A stretch of 64,000 nucleotides of DNA from Eledone cirrhosa (Eukaryota). Location of the stretch: NCBI GenBank assembly GCA_964016885.1, contig OZ024741.1:274784001-274848000 (forward strand), written 5' to 3'. Shown here piece after piece: positions 44,362-58,766 of this stretch. A program made the position numbers and the translations under genes. The notes below the pieces were generated by a model, which made no database searches, had not been told where the DNA came from, and saw nothing but the letters and a program-made list of their open reading frames with translations. Numbering within the stretch: position 1 is the stretch's first letter; each line of letters opens with the position of its first letter.

Positions 44362-44772
44362 GGCGGTGGATTGGCAGTATCGGTAGAGGGTCGGACGCCA
44401 TGCTTTGCAGCATAGAGTTACGTCCCTTTACGATCTGAGTTCAAATCCCGCCGAGGTTGACTTTGCCTTTCATCCTTACGGGGTCGATAAAATAAAGTAC
44501 CAGTAATGTACTGGGTAATTGCTGGCCTTGTGCCTAAAGTAGAAACAATTATTTATTCAAAGTTTTTTTTTTATGTAATATTCATTCATTATTTATTCAA
44601 ACGGCGATGGATTGGCAGTATCGGTAGAGGGTCGGACGCTATGCTTTGACGCATAGAGTTACAGCCCTTGCCATTCTGAGTTCAAATCCTTTCATCCTTA
44701 CGGGGTCGATAAAATAAAGTACCAGTAATGCACTGGGTAATTGCTGGCCTTGTGCCTAAAGTAGAAACAATT
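44362..44772 (+). mobile_element. Two tandem tRNA-SINE copies
   Basis: 44362-44550 flanked by attatttattcaaagttt direct repeats; 44602-44772 preceded by the same upstream flank. Confidence 0.85.
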
Positions 44773-44852
44773 ATTTATAAGTAATCCAACTTATTTTACA
44801 AACGGGATAACAAAATATATTCTGGATGCAGTCCCGCACTCCTTACTTTATT

Positions 44853-44912
<60 letters not shown>

Positions 44913-45107
44913 ACAAAAATAATAATGCTGATGTTACAAAAATCGTTTATGTAATATCATAACAATTATAATTATTTCCACAGTTCTGCATGCAATCGAG
45001 AAGTCCTCGAAAATCTCCATCGTAACTAAAATCTACGAATGTTGAGAGCTTGCTCCTGCTTGTTCCTGTTTTTACTAAAACAATCTCTTCGGAACATACA
45101 TACATAT

Positions 45108-45171
<64 letters not shown>

Positions 45172-45260
45172 CAACCCAACCAGGAACTGGACATATCAGA
45201 GTATTGACAACGTTAAACACCTCAACAACATGTGTACTCGTCTCTACCACACTAAGTCGG

Positions 45261-45315
45261 ACTGCCTGAAGAGGTCACAGCCAAAGATGGCTGTCACCGA
45301 AATATATATAACAGT
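45261..45315 (+). ncRNA. Minimal type I hammerhead (element 45170-45356; homolog 61240-61430 minus)
   Basis: actgc CTGAAGA ggtcacagcca aaga tggctgtcacc GAAA tatata TA acagt. Confidence 0.75.
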
Positions 45316-45351
45316 AATAAACGAAACCAAATTTTAAACATTGGACTTATT

Positions 45352-45476
<125 letters not shown>

Positions 45477-46233
45477 AATAAAGTGGAGGTGTTACATTAA
45501 GAAATGTATTGATCAATCCTGGTTACAATTGTTTCACAAACAATATATCTATATCACGAAGATAAGTCGCATTAAATTTCCTTTGTGTAGATGAGATACG
45601 CAAAGAAAGTAAATATGGAAGATTGCTGACCAAATATTTCTTTTCTCGACGTGTTCCTTTCCAGGCGTATGGTAACTATCCGGGTAAAATATTACTCTAG
45701 TTTCCCAGAAGATCACGGAGTATTTATAATTAGTATGGTACCAGAAAAAACAACAATAACTAGCAGGAGGAATTGGTCAGAAGGAAAAATTTATTAAGAG
45801 TTCATTCTTTTGGCAGAGTCGTTAAGAGATCGGATAGAATGCTTTACGGTATTCGACCCACATCATTGCACACCCGCCAGGGTCAACTTTGCCTTTCATC
45901 TTTTCGAAGTCGATGAAAAAAGTACCAGTTCAGTACTGGGTCGATTCTTCCCTATAGAAAAAAACCGGCTGTGTTCAGACCTGGAGAGGGTTGGCCACCG
46001 TATAATATATATTATAAAGTGAAATTACAGAAGGCCAAAAATATTGAATTTCCTTAATTATTTATTTCTGCAAACACTTTACACATTTGTATGTTTTTAT
46101 TAATTTTCCACCTTTTAGATTTGGCTCAGAAACATTGGTTAATTCAATGGTACAGTAGAGGAGATTTCACCAAAGCGTCCTGGTTAGGAAGAGAACTTTT
46201 AAATCTCACATCTGTGCATATAAATATACTTAC

Positions 46234-46297
<64 letters not shown>

Positions 46298-46299
46298 AT

Positions 46300-47058
46300 A
46301 ATTGTTTCTACTTTGGCACAAAGCCAGCAATTACCCAAGTGTATTACTGGGTACTTTATGAAAGGCAAAGTTAATCTCGGCGGGATTTGAACTCAGAATG
46401 GCAAGGGCCGTAACTCTATGCTGGAAAACATGGTGCCCAACCCTCTACCGATACTGCCGATTTCTACTACAGGCACAAGGCCACCAGATTGAGGAGAGGG
46501 GACAGTCGATCAAATCGGCTCCAGTGCATTAGTGGTGCTTCATTTCACCTACCCCGTGAGGATGAAAGGCAAAGCTAACTTCAGCGGGATTTGAACTGAG
46601 AACGTAAAGTGCCATAATATATATATAGTAATAACAAATGCAAAGACCAAAATCGAAAGTAAATATTATATATATAATATTTACTTATATATAAAATTAT
46701 AATATATACTTATATATAAAACCCCTTATCGAGTCCTCTTTCGATTTTGGTCTTTGCATTTGTTATTACTATATATATATATTATGGCCCTATACGTTCT
46801 CAGTTCAAATCCCGCTGAAGTTAGCTTTGCCTGTCATCCCCACGGGGTTGCTGAAATAAAGTACCAGTAATGCACTGGTGGATTGGCAGTATCGGTTGTG
46901 GGTCGGACGCCATGCTTTGACGTATAGAGTTACAGCCCTTGCCATTCTGAGTTCAAATCCAGCCGAGTTTAACTTTGCCTATCATCCTTACGGGGTGGAT
47001 AAAATAAAGTACCAGTAATGTACTGGGTATTTGCTGGCCTTGTGCCAAAAGTAGAAAC

Positions 47059-47062
<4 letters not shown>
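46300..47062. mobile_element. Mirror-arranged SINE cluster around a fold-back element
   Basis: SINEs on minus 46300-46612, fold-back 46613-46787, SINEs on plus 46787-47062. Confidence 0.75.
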
Positions 47063-47119
<57 letters not shown>

Positions 47120-47149
47120 CATACATACATACATACATACATACATACA

Positions 47150-47182
<33 letters not shown>

Positions 47183-47567
47183 TGATAGGGTCTTTATTGC
47201 TTCCCAACATCGTTCATCACAACAGATAAGACAGATGAAAGCTACCCACCCTTTTCACATTTAGCCCCAAACCCCATCCTTATTCCCCGCATCACCACTC
47301 CCTCTCCCCCTACGGTGTTTTATTGCAGCTAACAATTTATCTTGCTACCTGACATGGACGTCTTCACCAATAAATCGCATTCTTCAAACGTCATAGGCAC
47401 TAAGATGTCCGACCCTAAGATATGTCTCAAATGTCACAGGGAAAAAAAATGGTGGAAAATAAAAAAAATAAAAATAATAAAAATAATAATGATTAACAGA
47501 AAAAAAAGTAGATTGTGTGATGGATATTACCAAACGACGCCTTTAGCATGAATATTACATAGTTGTG

Positions 47568-47601
<34 letters not shown>

Positions 47602-47628
47602 ACTATGTATATATATATATATATATAT

Positions 47629-47817
47629 AATTGTTTCTACTTTTGGCACAAGGCCAGCAATTAACCAGTGCATTACTGGTAATTTATTTTATCGAGCCCG
47701 TAAGGATGAAAGGCAAAGTTAACCTAGGTGGGATTTGAACTTAGAACGGCAAGGGTCGTAACTCTATGCTTCAAAGAATGGTGTCCGACCCTCTACCAAT
47801 ACTGCCAATCCACCGCC
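47629..47817 (-). mobile_element. tRNA-SINE, dominant family
   Basis: Reverse complement of 44362-44550. Confidence 0.85.
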
Positions 47818-47844
47818 TACCCGCCGAAATACGATTCTCCCTGA

Positions 47845-47917
<73 letters not shown>

Positions 47918-48273
47918 TATACTTAATACATTAACAGAGAAAGCTATTAGCGATACTCCGACCAACTTCCATCTCACTCAACAAACATTAGGAAATACAT
48001 AAGTATATTCCAAATTATACGTTTGGAGTGCTAACTATATTGTATTATGTGGATAGTCGGCTGTATTATTTTATATGAGACATAATTTAAAAAATCTCAC
48101 TTTCCATACGATCGTTTCATTATAAGATTTCTACAAGGTGGGAGAATAATGTCCAAGTTATGTAGAAGCTTGCATATGATCGACAGATTTCCGTGCAAGT
48201 GGGCTCTTATAACTCTTCAGTGGAATGCCCAGGCAATATCAATATAAAAAAATACATCGATATTAATATTTAG

Positions 48274-48316
<43 letters not shown>

Positions 48317-49018
48317 TATCGCTAAATATTAATATCGATGTAGTTTTATATATATATATATATATATATGATGAAGGACTAACTTTATTCATATGTAACC
48401 CATTAGCAACCCGCAGCACGTTTTTCTCATATTTACACATTTTTTTTCCCCGCTATGACACGTCTATTTCGTTCTTACTGCTTCCTCTTTCTCTGTATCT
48501 TTACCCTCTCTAGCAGTCACTCTCTCTGTTAGCCTCTTCCTCACCCTTCACTCACTCATTCTCTGTTACTACCTCTCCTCCTCCTCCTTCTTCCCGTTTG
48601 ACCTGTGCGTAATTCTTTTCTTTCGCACCCTTGGTCTGGCAGGTCGCTTTTTTTCTCTCTCTCGTCTACGATTTCACAGAACTTACGTTCACCGAAATCA
48701 CAGACTAGATCCCTTCTTCCTCCCGTTAGACCTGTACGAAATTCCTTCCTTGCTTACATTCCAACCAGGTTTGATGGTCTTTATTCTCTCACGTTCACGA
48801 TTTCACCGAATTTAAATTCATAGAAATTTGGGACTTGACTCCTTCTTCCTCACTTTCTGTTGCTTCACCATTTTGTTTGTTTACACCCGTGTCCCCTTTA
48901 ATTACGTGTCCCAACGACTTTTTTTTAGCCGTTGCTCGCACCAACCGGAGGTATATGGTCTTTAAAGCGATGAAATACCAATGATGGTTGGAAGATCACT
49001 GATGAAGGACTAACTTTA

Positions 49019-49118
<100 letters not shown>

Positions 49119-49406
49119 TTTATATATATATCATCATCGTTTAACGTTCACAAAGTTCCACACTAGCATGGGTTAGACGGGTCATCCTATTTGAGGCAGG
49201 TTGGATCAGATGACCGTATCTTACTCATATATGACTGTTTCTGGCTAGGTTTCTACGGCTGGATGCCCTTTCTAACGCCAACCACATTTACAGTGTGGGG
49301 TGGGTATATATAGTAGTAATAAACACAAAGACCAAAATGCGAAGAGGGCTCGATAAGGATAGTATATATATAAAAATATATATAAACCCGCAGAACAAAT
49401 ATTCTT

Positions 49407-49535
49407 TATTAGCACAGATTAAAGTTTAAGCAAAAAATTTCTGCTTTCAACCTATACGGGATCTTCCTGTGTTGGAAGATCCCGTATAGGTTGAAAGCAG
49501 AAATTCTTGGCTTAAACTTTAATCTGTGCTAATAA
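49407..49535. repeat. Fold-back element (related 49836-49935, 50972-51056)
   Basis: tattagcacagattaaagtttaagc...gggatcttcc tgtgtt ggaagatccc...gcttaaactttaatctgtgctaata. Confidence 0.75.
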
Positions 49536-49545
49536 TAATAATAAT

Positions 49546-49585
<40 letters not shown>

Positions 49586-49786
49586 GTGAGGTTTTTTTTA
49601 CAAATTGAAAAATAACCGAGGTGTCCTACACGAGTGAAAGTATAAAGGAAAAGAGATGAAATCGAAAATGCAACTGGAGTCTTATTTTTTTTTAAAATAT
49701 CTATATCTATTTGGTTCCTTTACCGGTTTCGCAGTTCTTCTGCTTTTCAAAAGTAGAGTTGAGATGGAGGGTCTGTGGTTTTTCTT

Positions 49787-49826
<40 letters not shown>

Positions 49827-49934
49827 ATTATTATTATTAGCACAGATTAAAGTTTAAGCAAAGAATTTCTGCTTTCACCCTATACGGGATCTTCCAACAC
49901 AGGAAGATCCCGTATAGGTTGAAAGCAGAAATTT

Positions 49935-49969
<35 letters not shown>

Positions 49970-50351
49970 ATAACGAAGGAAGTGTGGTAAGGAACCACGT
50001 GGACCATAAGGCACTAGATTACTCGATACTATGGGAAGTGGAGTGAGTAATAGGAAAAGAGTCAGGACCCCGACGGTTGAGCTCCGGCCATTTCAACAGC
50101 TATTTCTGAAGAGAAATAGTTGTCGAAACGGCCGGAGCTCAGCCGTCGAGGTCCTGACACTTTTCCTATATATATATATATATATATATAAGAGTATTGA
50201 ACTCTTTCCTTCATTCTTCTACACATCTTATACACACCACGCATCTCAACGTACACCCACTTACATCTCTCTCTCCACCACCGGATCTTGTTACCCGGAG
50301 ATTTACCCATTTGCATTGTCGAGGCTTCCAAACGACTTAAAGATATTTATT

Positions 50352-50430
<79 letters not shown>

Positions 50431-50838
50431 GAATAATCGAGTATCGGAAAATCAGCTCACGAATTAACGATAAACAAATCCGATATGAGTGGCAGAGGGC
50501 TCAATAATTTGGATAAATCAGAGCTATAACTATCGTTAAATTACCAACACATAAAGATTATGCCTAAAATCACCCGCGCAGCCGAAAAAAAACGACCAGG
50601 AGGATTCGGGTCACTCAAATAAAATATCAATAAATCAATAATTTAAATGAATGTAAAAAACTTACCCGGACCCGCTAGAAGGGTGTTAGATCTAGCTTCT
50701 TGGGTATCTGCAATTCCTTAATCCGTTCACTATCAGCCCACATAAAAATATATAAGACTTCTAGGGAAGGACTGGACCGGAAGAGCTTTATCAACGGGTT
50801 GCGTCCGAAAATAAAGAAGTGACCTTTAGCCAGACACG

Positions 50839-50967
<129 letters not shown>

Positions 50968-51218
50968 TAAAATAACAGATTAAAGTTTAAGCAAGGAATA
51001 GCTGCTTTCACCCTTAACGGGATCTTCCCGATTCTTTGCTTAAACTTTAATCTATTATTTTCATAAATATTTGCTCTACGGTTCTTATATATTTTATATA
51101 TATTTATCCTTATCGAGCCCTCTTTGGATTTTAGTCTTCAAATTTATTATTATAAATATATATATATATTATAAAATAATAGGAGGCTGGACTGGTGTAA
51201 TTCCTTAAAAGGTTTATT

Positions 51219-51276
51219 ATACTATGATCATTTCAGTGACCGGGTTCAGTATGAATCCGGTGACATCATCAGGTAT
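51219..51276 (-). ncRNA. Minimal type I hammerhead ribozyme
   Basis: Minus strand atac CTGATGA tgtcaccggattca tac tgaacccggtcact GAAA tgatca TA gtat. Confidence 0.75.
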
Positions 51277-51394
51277 TCGAAATATATCAAATGAATATAA
51301 TAGACAAAATCCATGGGGCTGAAAAGCAGAGACATGAGGGCGGCCGAACATTTAGCAGCTTCTAGCCCGGTCAGCTGCCCTATATATATATATA

Positions 51395-51490
<96 letters not shown>

Positions 51491-51845
51491 ATGCGATACT
51501 TACAATAGCCAGCTTTCCTTGGTTAGCTATTAATGCAAAAGAGAGTTTTTTGTAAGTGTTGCATCAATGACCTCAGCCTGTCGGTTGGAACACGCAATAG
51601 AAAAATAGGATAAAATTATTCATAGTAAATAAGTTTCAATAAAGTTTCATGCAACTATTTTTAAAGTAATTTTGTCCTGAGCCCGATGAGAGACCAATAT
51701 TGAAGCGGATCCTCCACTATACTGTGGTGACCATAGATGGACCCCGAAAACTAAGGTCTTGCATAAATGTTGAGCGTATGAATCTTTACATATATTCTAT
51801 AAATATGTATGTATGTACGTATGTATGTAAGTATGTATGTATGTT

Positions 51846-52572
51846 CGGGAGAGATGACCTCCTTAGCCTTTGTCAAGGCAGAATTCTAGGAGAAGGAAAA
51901 CTCTGATATAACACCTGCAACCCTGATGGTATCCAATGATGTTGACTTGTTCTTCTTTTTGGTAAATATCATCTTGGTTAAGAGAGTGGGACTGGCTTTG
52001 TGCAGTGCCTTTGCTCACTATAAAAGCTTCACGACACAGGCATTGCTTTATATCTGGAGTTCTCTCTGCACTTGTCGTCAGATGGTACCATGGGCCCAGC
52101 ACTATGTGTCAGTAATTGTCACAAGTGTTTGTTCCAGAGTTTTCAAGTCGCTGGCTGGACTAAAAAGTCACACTCATTCAGTGCATCGGTAGGGGTTCTC
52201 CTACATGGATATAAAGTAGTGGCCGTACTCGAAAACGAGTTGGCAGCCACCATGTATGTATGTATGTATGTATGTATGTATGTATGTATGTATGTATGTA
52301 TGGGAGAGGGAAACTCTGAAAAAAAACCTGTCGCTTCGGAAGTATCCGATGGTGTTGACTAGTTGTCCTTTTCGGTTAGTGTTTTTGATGCTCAGAGAGT
52401 GGGATTGGTCGAGTGCAAGACCTTTCCCCACTTAAAAACCTTCAAAGCACAGGCATTGGTTGTTCGGGATACGTTACAGATTTGTGTTGCTGGCGGTAGC
52501 CTAAAAGTGCACCAAACTCTATAATCTGACAAGCGATTACAATACTCTTACCAGAGTTTCCAGCCAGCCATC
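51846..52572 (+). mobile_element. Two 5'-truncated RTE-derived elements with (TATG)n between them
   Basis: 51846-52253 matches the 26643 family; 52283-52572 matches the 27328 family. Confidence 0.8.
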
Positions 52573-52598
52573 AACTACCACATATATATATACAATAT

Positions 52599-52659
<61 letters not shown>

Positions 52660-52661
52660 AT

Positions 52662-52748
<87 letters not shown>

Positions 52749-52765
52749 TATATATATATATATAT

Positions 52766-52921
<156 letters not shown>

Positions 52922-52923
52922 TA

Positions 52924-53015
<92 letters not shown>

Positions 53016-53024
53016 ATGTATATA

Positions 53025-53080
<56 letters not shown>

Positions 53081-53086
<6 letters not shown>

Positions 53087-54156
53087 AATATAGACATAGA
53101 ATATTCGAAAATATTCTGTATGTTTATAATAAACATTTTGAAGACCTAATCGCTATAGAATAGAATACGTCACGTATTACAATTAGATTCTCGATAAAAG
53201 CAAGGGAAGTAATCTACGCGTTTCATTCTCGTTAGAAATCATCAGGACTACATATCCAGTGCTTTTATCGAGAATGACACAGCTAGAGACTTATAGAATA
53301 CTTAGCTGTGTACAGGAACTGGTTTGAAAGAGCGGTTGCCGGTCCGGCAGAAATTAGAAATTGGAATAAATGCTCTGAAATAGCGATATATATGTGAATA
53401 TAGACATAGAATATTCGAAAATATTCTGTATGTTTATAATAAACATTTTGAAGACCTAATCGCTATAGAATAGAATACGTCACGTATTACAATTAGATTC
53501 TCGATAAAAGCAAGGGAAGTAATCTACGCGTTTCATTCTCGTTAGAAATCATCAGGACTACATATCCAGTGCTTTTATCGAGAATGACACAGCTAGAGAC
53601 TTATAGAATACTTAGCTGTGTACAGGAACTGGTTTGAAAGAGCGGTTGCCGGTCCGGCAGAAATTAGAAATTGGAATAAATGCTCTGAAATAGCGATATA
53701 TATGTGAATATAGACATAGAATATTCGAAAATATTCTGTATGTTTATAATAAACATTTTGAAGACCTAATCGCTATAGAATAGAATACGTCACGTATTAC
53801 AATTAGATTCTCGATAAAAGCAAGGGAAGTAATCTACGCGTTTCATTCTCGTTAGAAATCATCAGGACTACATATCCAGTGCTTTTATCGAGAATGACAC
53901 AGCTAGAGACTTATAGAATACTTAGCTGTGTACAGGAACTGGTTTGAAAGAGCGGTTGCCGGTCCGGCAGAAATTAGAAATTGGAATAAATGCTCTGAAA
54001 TAGCGATATATATGTGAATATAGACATAGAATATTCGAAAATATTCTGTATGTTTATAATAAACATTTTGAAGACCTAATCGCTATAGAATAGAATACGT
54101 CACGTATTACAATTAGATTCTCGATAAAAGCAAGGGAAGTAATCTACGCGTTTCAT
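53081..54156 (-). repeat. 310-bp tandem array (~3.5 apparently identical units) with one hammerhead per unit
   Basis: tatgtgaata recurs at 53081, 53391, 53701, 54011. Confidence 0.95.
53187..53275 (-). ncRNA. Type I hammerhead with extended stem I (also 53497-53585, 53807-53895)
   Basis: attctcgataaaagca ct ggatat gtagtc CTGATGA t ttct aacg agaa t GAAA cgcg TA gattac ttccct tgcttttatcgagaat. Confidence 0.85.
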
Positions 54157-54246
54157 AACGCACCAGAGTACTCGATATTTCGGGTAGTAGAACTAGCTGT
54201 CTAAACGACCGGAACTCAGCTGTCAGAGTCCTGACTCTTTTTCTTA

Positions 54247-54286
<40 letters not shown>

Positions 54287-54581
54287 TACCATAGCCTTAT
54301 CAATAAAAATACAATTAAAATATCGTACTCCACCACACCTAACATAGCATACCATATAGCTAGTAGTAATAAAAGGAAGATTAATAATTATTTCCAAATA
54401 ATTAAAACACAACGGGAGGTAAACTTAGTACCTGTAAACAATAGTAGTAATAATAGTAATAATGATAATAGCACTAATGAAATCAATAACAATACGAATG
54501 ATAGACATCATTACCCTAGTGCTATCCCTAGCAACCAGAATTCTTCACAACATAGGAACCGGCAAGCTAACACCCAGAATA

Positions 54582-54999
54582 AAATGTAACTGTAGAACCA
54601 ATAGAACTTGCCCCTTAGGTAATAATTGCTTAACCAAAGACATCATCTACTCATGCACCGTCAACATAAACATATATAGGCTCTACTTCGAACAGCTTCA
54701 AGACGAGATACAACTCGCACCTCCACTCTTTCAAAAAACACAATCTAGCCAGCTCCACTTCTTTATCTAGCTATGTACACTCTCTGAAAACTAGGAATAG
54801 ACCATTTACACTGCAATGGGAAGTAGTAGGTAGGGCCTCATCGTATAAACCACCGAATAAATTGTGTAATCTCTGCCTTCTGGAGACCCATGCTATAATC
54901 TTTTCGAAACTAGACCTCCTTAATAGAAAGTCAGAGACATTTTCCTCGTGCCAACACCGGTACCGGCACTCGTTCCATAACTTTAAACCTAGCTGTTAG
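54582..54999 (+). pseudogene. GIY-YIG endonuclease domain of Neptune-like PLE
   Basis: KCNCRTNRTCPLGNNCLTKDIIYSCTV / frameshift ~54670 / TYIGSTSNSFKTRYNSH...STSLSSYVH...WEVV...CNLCLLE...LLNRKSE...CQH...stop 54997. Confidence 0.85.
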
Positions 55000-56351
55000 T
55001 ATACAACAATGTCAGATTTGAATTACCCACCACCATTAACACTACACATCTAGGACTTAGCATTACCCACAACCACAAACCCTTCGACCAACTCTTTCCT
55101 CTACACAACTCCTATTCATCTATAACCTTATGCTCTGCAATAACAGTTAGAATTAAACATAGAGTTACCACCTTGTGATATAACTACAATAGATTAATTA
55201 TATCATATACAGTAATGGATATGTGGTACTTAGTATGTAGAGACATTTAATGTAATATGTGATAATAAACTATATATGCATTTATAATTATATAATTAAA
55301 TACTTAAATTAATAACATGTATATAAGGGATCTACCTTTAACACAACATAATAATAATAAAGTATATATACATTTATAATTAAATATAAAATGTAATAGC
55401 ATTGTATATTAGGGATTAACTTTCAAAACAATAATGTATATTATTACACATATGATATATCTATTTTGACATATTAACAGCTATACAATTCTTAGTAACA
55501 TATACCTTGTCCAGTAATGAATAGATAACAATCTAAAGGGACCTTTAATGTATTATAGTAAAATACACTGTATTTAAAATCAGGTATAAATATACAGCGT
55601 TATGCAATAGAGATTCAATGGTATCACATTATAATGTGTATTAGAACAAAGAATTTTAATAAATGAATTGAACTTAATTAGCTAGTTACCTCCCCTTATG
55701 CATTAGCTCCCCTTATTCACTTCCGGAAATTAACGATTGGAAAATTTACTGGTTGATCAAATATAGTCTATGAATTTGAATACATTAAGACTAATTTACA
55801 ATCCATTGCTCTAACTAACTTAAAACATTTAATATAACATTAACTAAAATTTAATTCAACATATGTCATGTAAAAGTCTGCAATAACTGTATGTTTCTCA
55901 ACACACACAAATTGGAACACTATCAGCTTACAGCACCCACCATAGATTTTAATACATTAACATATTTGCTTAAAGTGTAGTATTTATATATCTATATATG
56001 CATAATAGCTTTGCTTGTTTCCTTCTCATGTATATGACTAACGCAGTTGCACTCTCCACACGCCTGCATATGAATTGTTAATGTACTCTTCCTTTCTCAA
56101 AACTACTTTCTCAATGCCTCTTTAATGATTGGACTATTCTCTTGTTTAATCTGTTGCATGTATTCCACTCCGTACTTTTGATTTTAATTTGAATTTGAAC
56201 TTGAATGTTTGTACAATTATTGTACAATTCTCGTAAAATATGTCACATCCATTCCACCCTGTAAATACGAAACTGTTGCTCACAACACCAATCTATATGT
56301 ATCTATATTATTGTTCAGTTGAATAGGACGTTAATTATATGTGCAAACATT

Positions 56352-56410
56352 GATAATGCTCTGATGAGACTCCAAACGTGAGTTTGGAAGAAACGATTGT
56401 CATCTATTAA
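56352..56410 (+). ncRNA. Degenerate hammerhead in PLE 3' region
   Basis: CTGATGA gac tccaaac gtga gtttgga a GAAA cgattg TC; stem I and base of stem II decayed. Confidence 0.5.
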
Positions 56411-57249
56411 ATGATTTGAACACAACTTTGATAATTGTATAATTTATTTATTTTCCTGCTCTGTAAACAACTGATGTTCATACATTGAGCTATTTCTCTT
56501 ACTGGTAATAAGGTAATAAGAAATTACTGACCTTCCTGTTTATAGTTGTTTATACTATATACATAACTATAAATAGTATATATATATATATATATATATA
56601 TTTTCATTTATATTTATACTCAGAATTTTTCCTAGAGTGCTTATAATTATTTGTGACTAATCCCGTTTTTTTTTTTTTTAAACGCGATAATATTGCTTTA
56701 TGCTGAACTCCATACCTTTTGTTGAGTTTTTTTTCGGAATGTTTTGACTACTGTAAACAGTCATTCGTCTCATTCTGACGTCACTAGCCCTATTCTCCAT
56801 GTGTGTTTATTATCTTAATTCCACACGAGGTGTAACTAGCCTGCTTTTAAATTCCCTTTTGGCATATTTTAGCTGTGGTTCTTAGTTATCGTGTTGAGCT
56901 CTACTGATGAACGATTCCAACCGTGACTAACCTCACTGAAAAGTTTCGTGAAATAGTCCTTTTAAGACTATATAGAGCATTTGTAGATTTTTTCCAAATT
57001 GAAGGATAAGTATTTACCCTTAATTTTATTCTGAGTTAAGACTCTATTGTTTTTTCCCTGGATTTACACAAAATCTGTGGATAAAATTTCTGTCTTAACT
57101 TTTTTTTTAATTGAGTTTGAATTATTTTCCCATATCTTACGTTAAATATTTTCCATCTTGACGTAATAGTCACTTATATATTATATATTATGAAATACTG
57201 TTGGCTTCTTGCTCACATTAATTTTTCTATTTTCATTTATATATATATA

Positions 57250-57935
57250 CATGATGGCGAATACTTCTATACGAAGATACATTAATTTAAAGGTCGGGTC
57301 CACTCTGTTCCCCTGGCGTGCATGCGTTTTGCTGTCTAGTCTGGCCAATATGAGATCATCAGCAGATCCGCCCACAGTGACTGCGGCGAAAAGTCTTTGT
57401 TTTGCTTTGATCCAATCTGATCCAGCCCTTCCACCGGGCTCTCTTCTCCTGCTGGCTTACACACCGGTTTGCCTCAATACGCTGGTGACCTGCTGGGTAT
57501 TATGACGTCAAGTATTGCGGCCAACAGCCAGGCAGGTACATTGCTGAGCGATGATGTTACATGTTTTCATGGTCTTTTTTAACATGTCTTTATACCACTT
57601 CTTGGGTAAATTGCTGTTTCTACTGCCAGAAGACAACTCTCCGTAGAGCACAATCTTTGGCAGGTGATGGTCTGCCATTCTTGAGACATGCCCTACCCAA
57701 CGCAGCTGTGTCTTTATACTGTCTCGATACTGGTGGTGTTGGCTGTCTCGAGGACCTCTGTGTTGGTGACATGTTCTTTGCAGTGAATTTTTAGTATGAT
57801 ACACAGACAGCGTAGGTAGACTCTTTCTGTTTCCACCAAGCAGGTAAAGCTGAATGCTGTGTGGCAATTCTGCTATCTTGGGAGTGTCATTACTATTGAT
57901 ACTATAATTGATAAGGAATTGAACAACAGAGTAAC
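57250..57935 (-). mobile_element. RTE/BovB-type LINE 3' fragment with inverted 5' piece
   Basis: Minus QLRWVGHVSRMADHHLPKIVLYGEL...WYKDMLK and HCGRIC remnant; plus-strand 57845-57935 QFCYLGSVITIDTIIDKELNNR. Confidence 0.85.
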
Positions 57936-57945
57936 CATATATGTA

Positions 57946-57998
<53 letters not shown>

Positions 57999-58083
57999 GA
58001 GGGGGTGCGTGTGTGTGTGTATCGAGATTTTTTATTTTATTTTATTTTTTTGTAATGTTGTTAACCTGACAATCCCCAAATTT

Positions 58084-58412
<329 letters not shown>

Positions 58413-58434
58413 TATAGATATAGATATATATACA

Positions 58435-58469
<35 letters not shown>

Positions 58470-58505
58470 GTATATAGATACATGTATATATATATATATA
58501 TATAT

Positions 58506-58699
58506 TGGAAAAGACTCAGAGCCCCGACGGCAGAGCTGAAGCCGTTTCGACACTTATTTCTGGACTGAAATAGCTGTCGGAACGGCTTGAGCTCTGCCGT
58601 CGGGGTTCTGACTCTTTTCATATTACCCACTCTACTACCCTAAGTATCGAGTACTCTGGTGCGTTATTGTCCATCTGGTTCCTTACCACACTTCCTTCG

Positions 58700-58766
<67 letters not shown>

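Larger units (their letters stand above)
54284..56576 (+). mobile_element. 3' fragment of a Penelope-like element (C-terminal GIY-YIG endonuclease plus long 3' UTR/pLTR)
   Basis: (TA)n on both sides; endonuclease-coding region then AT-rich UTR with hammerhead-like motif at 56361. Confidence 0.8.

Noticed and set aside
44362-44455. Genuine tRNA genes
   Set aside because: A/B boxes run into a shared SINE body in many diverged copies; no clean cloverleaf.
49470-49520. Hammerhead in the gGAAGA-tccc...GAAA gca...tgc TT fold-back family
   Set aside because: No CUGA or UUGA at core positions 3-6 in any of three copies and the motif sits at truncation points; not callable.
50106-50160. Complete family B hammerhead using ctgaaga at the palindrome turn
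   Set aside because: The ct derives from the inverted arm and no stem I 5' strand is present; may be a junction coincidence.
53081-54156. CRISPR-like array
   Set aside because: Whole units repeat with no unique spacers, no cas genes, eukaryotic context.
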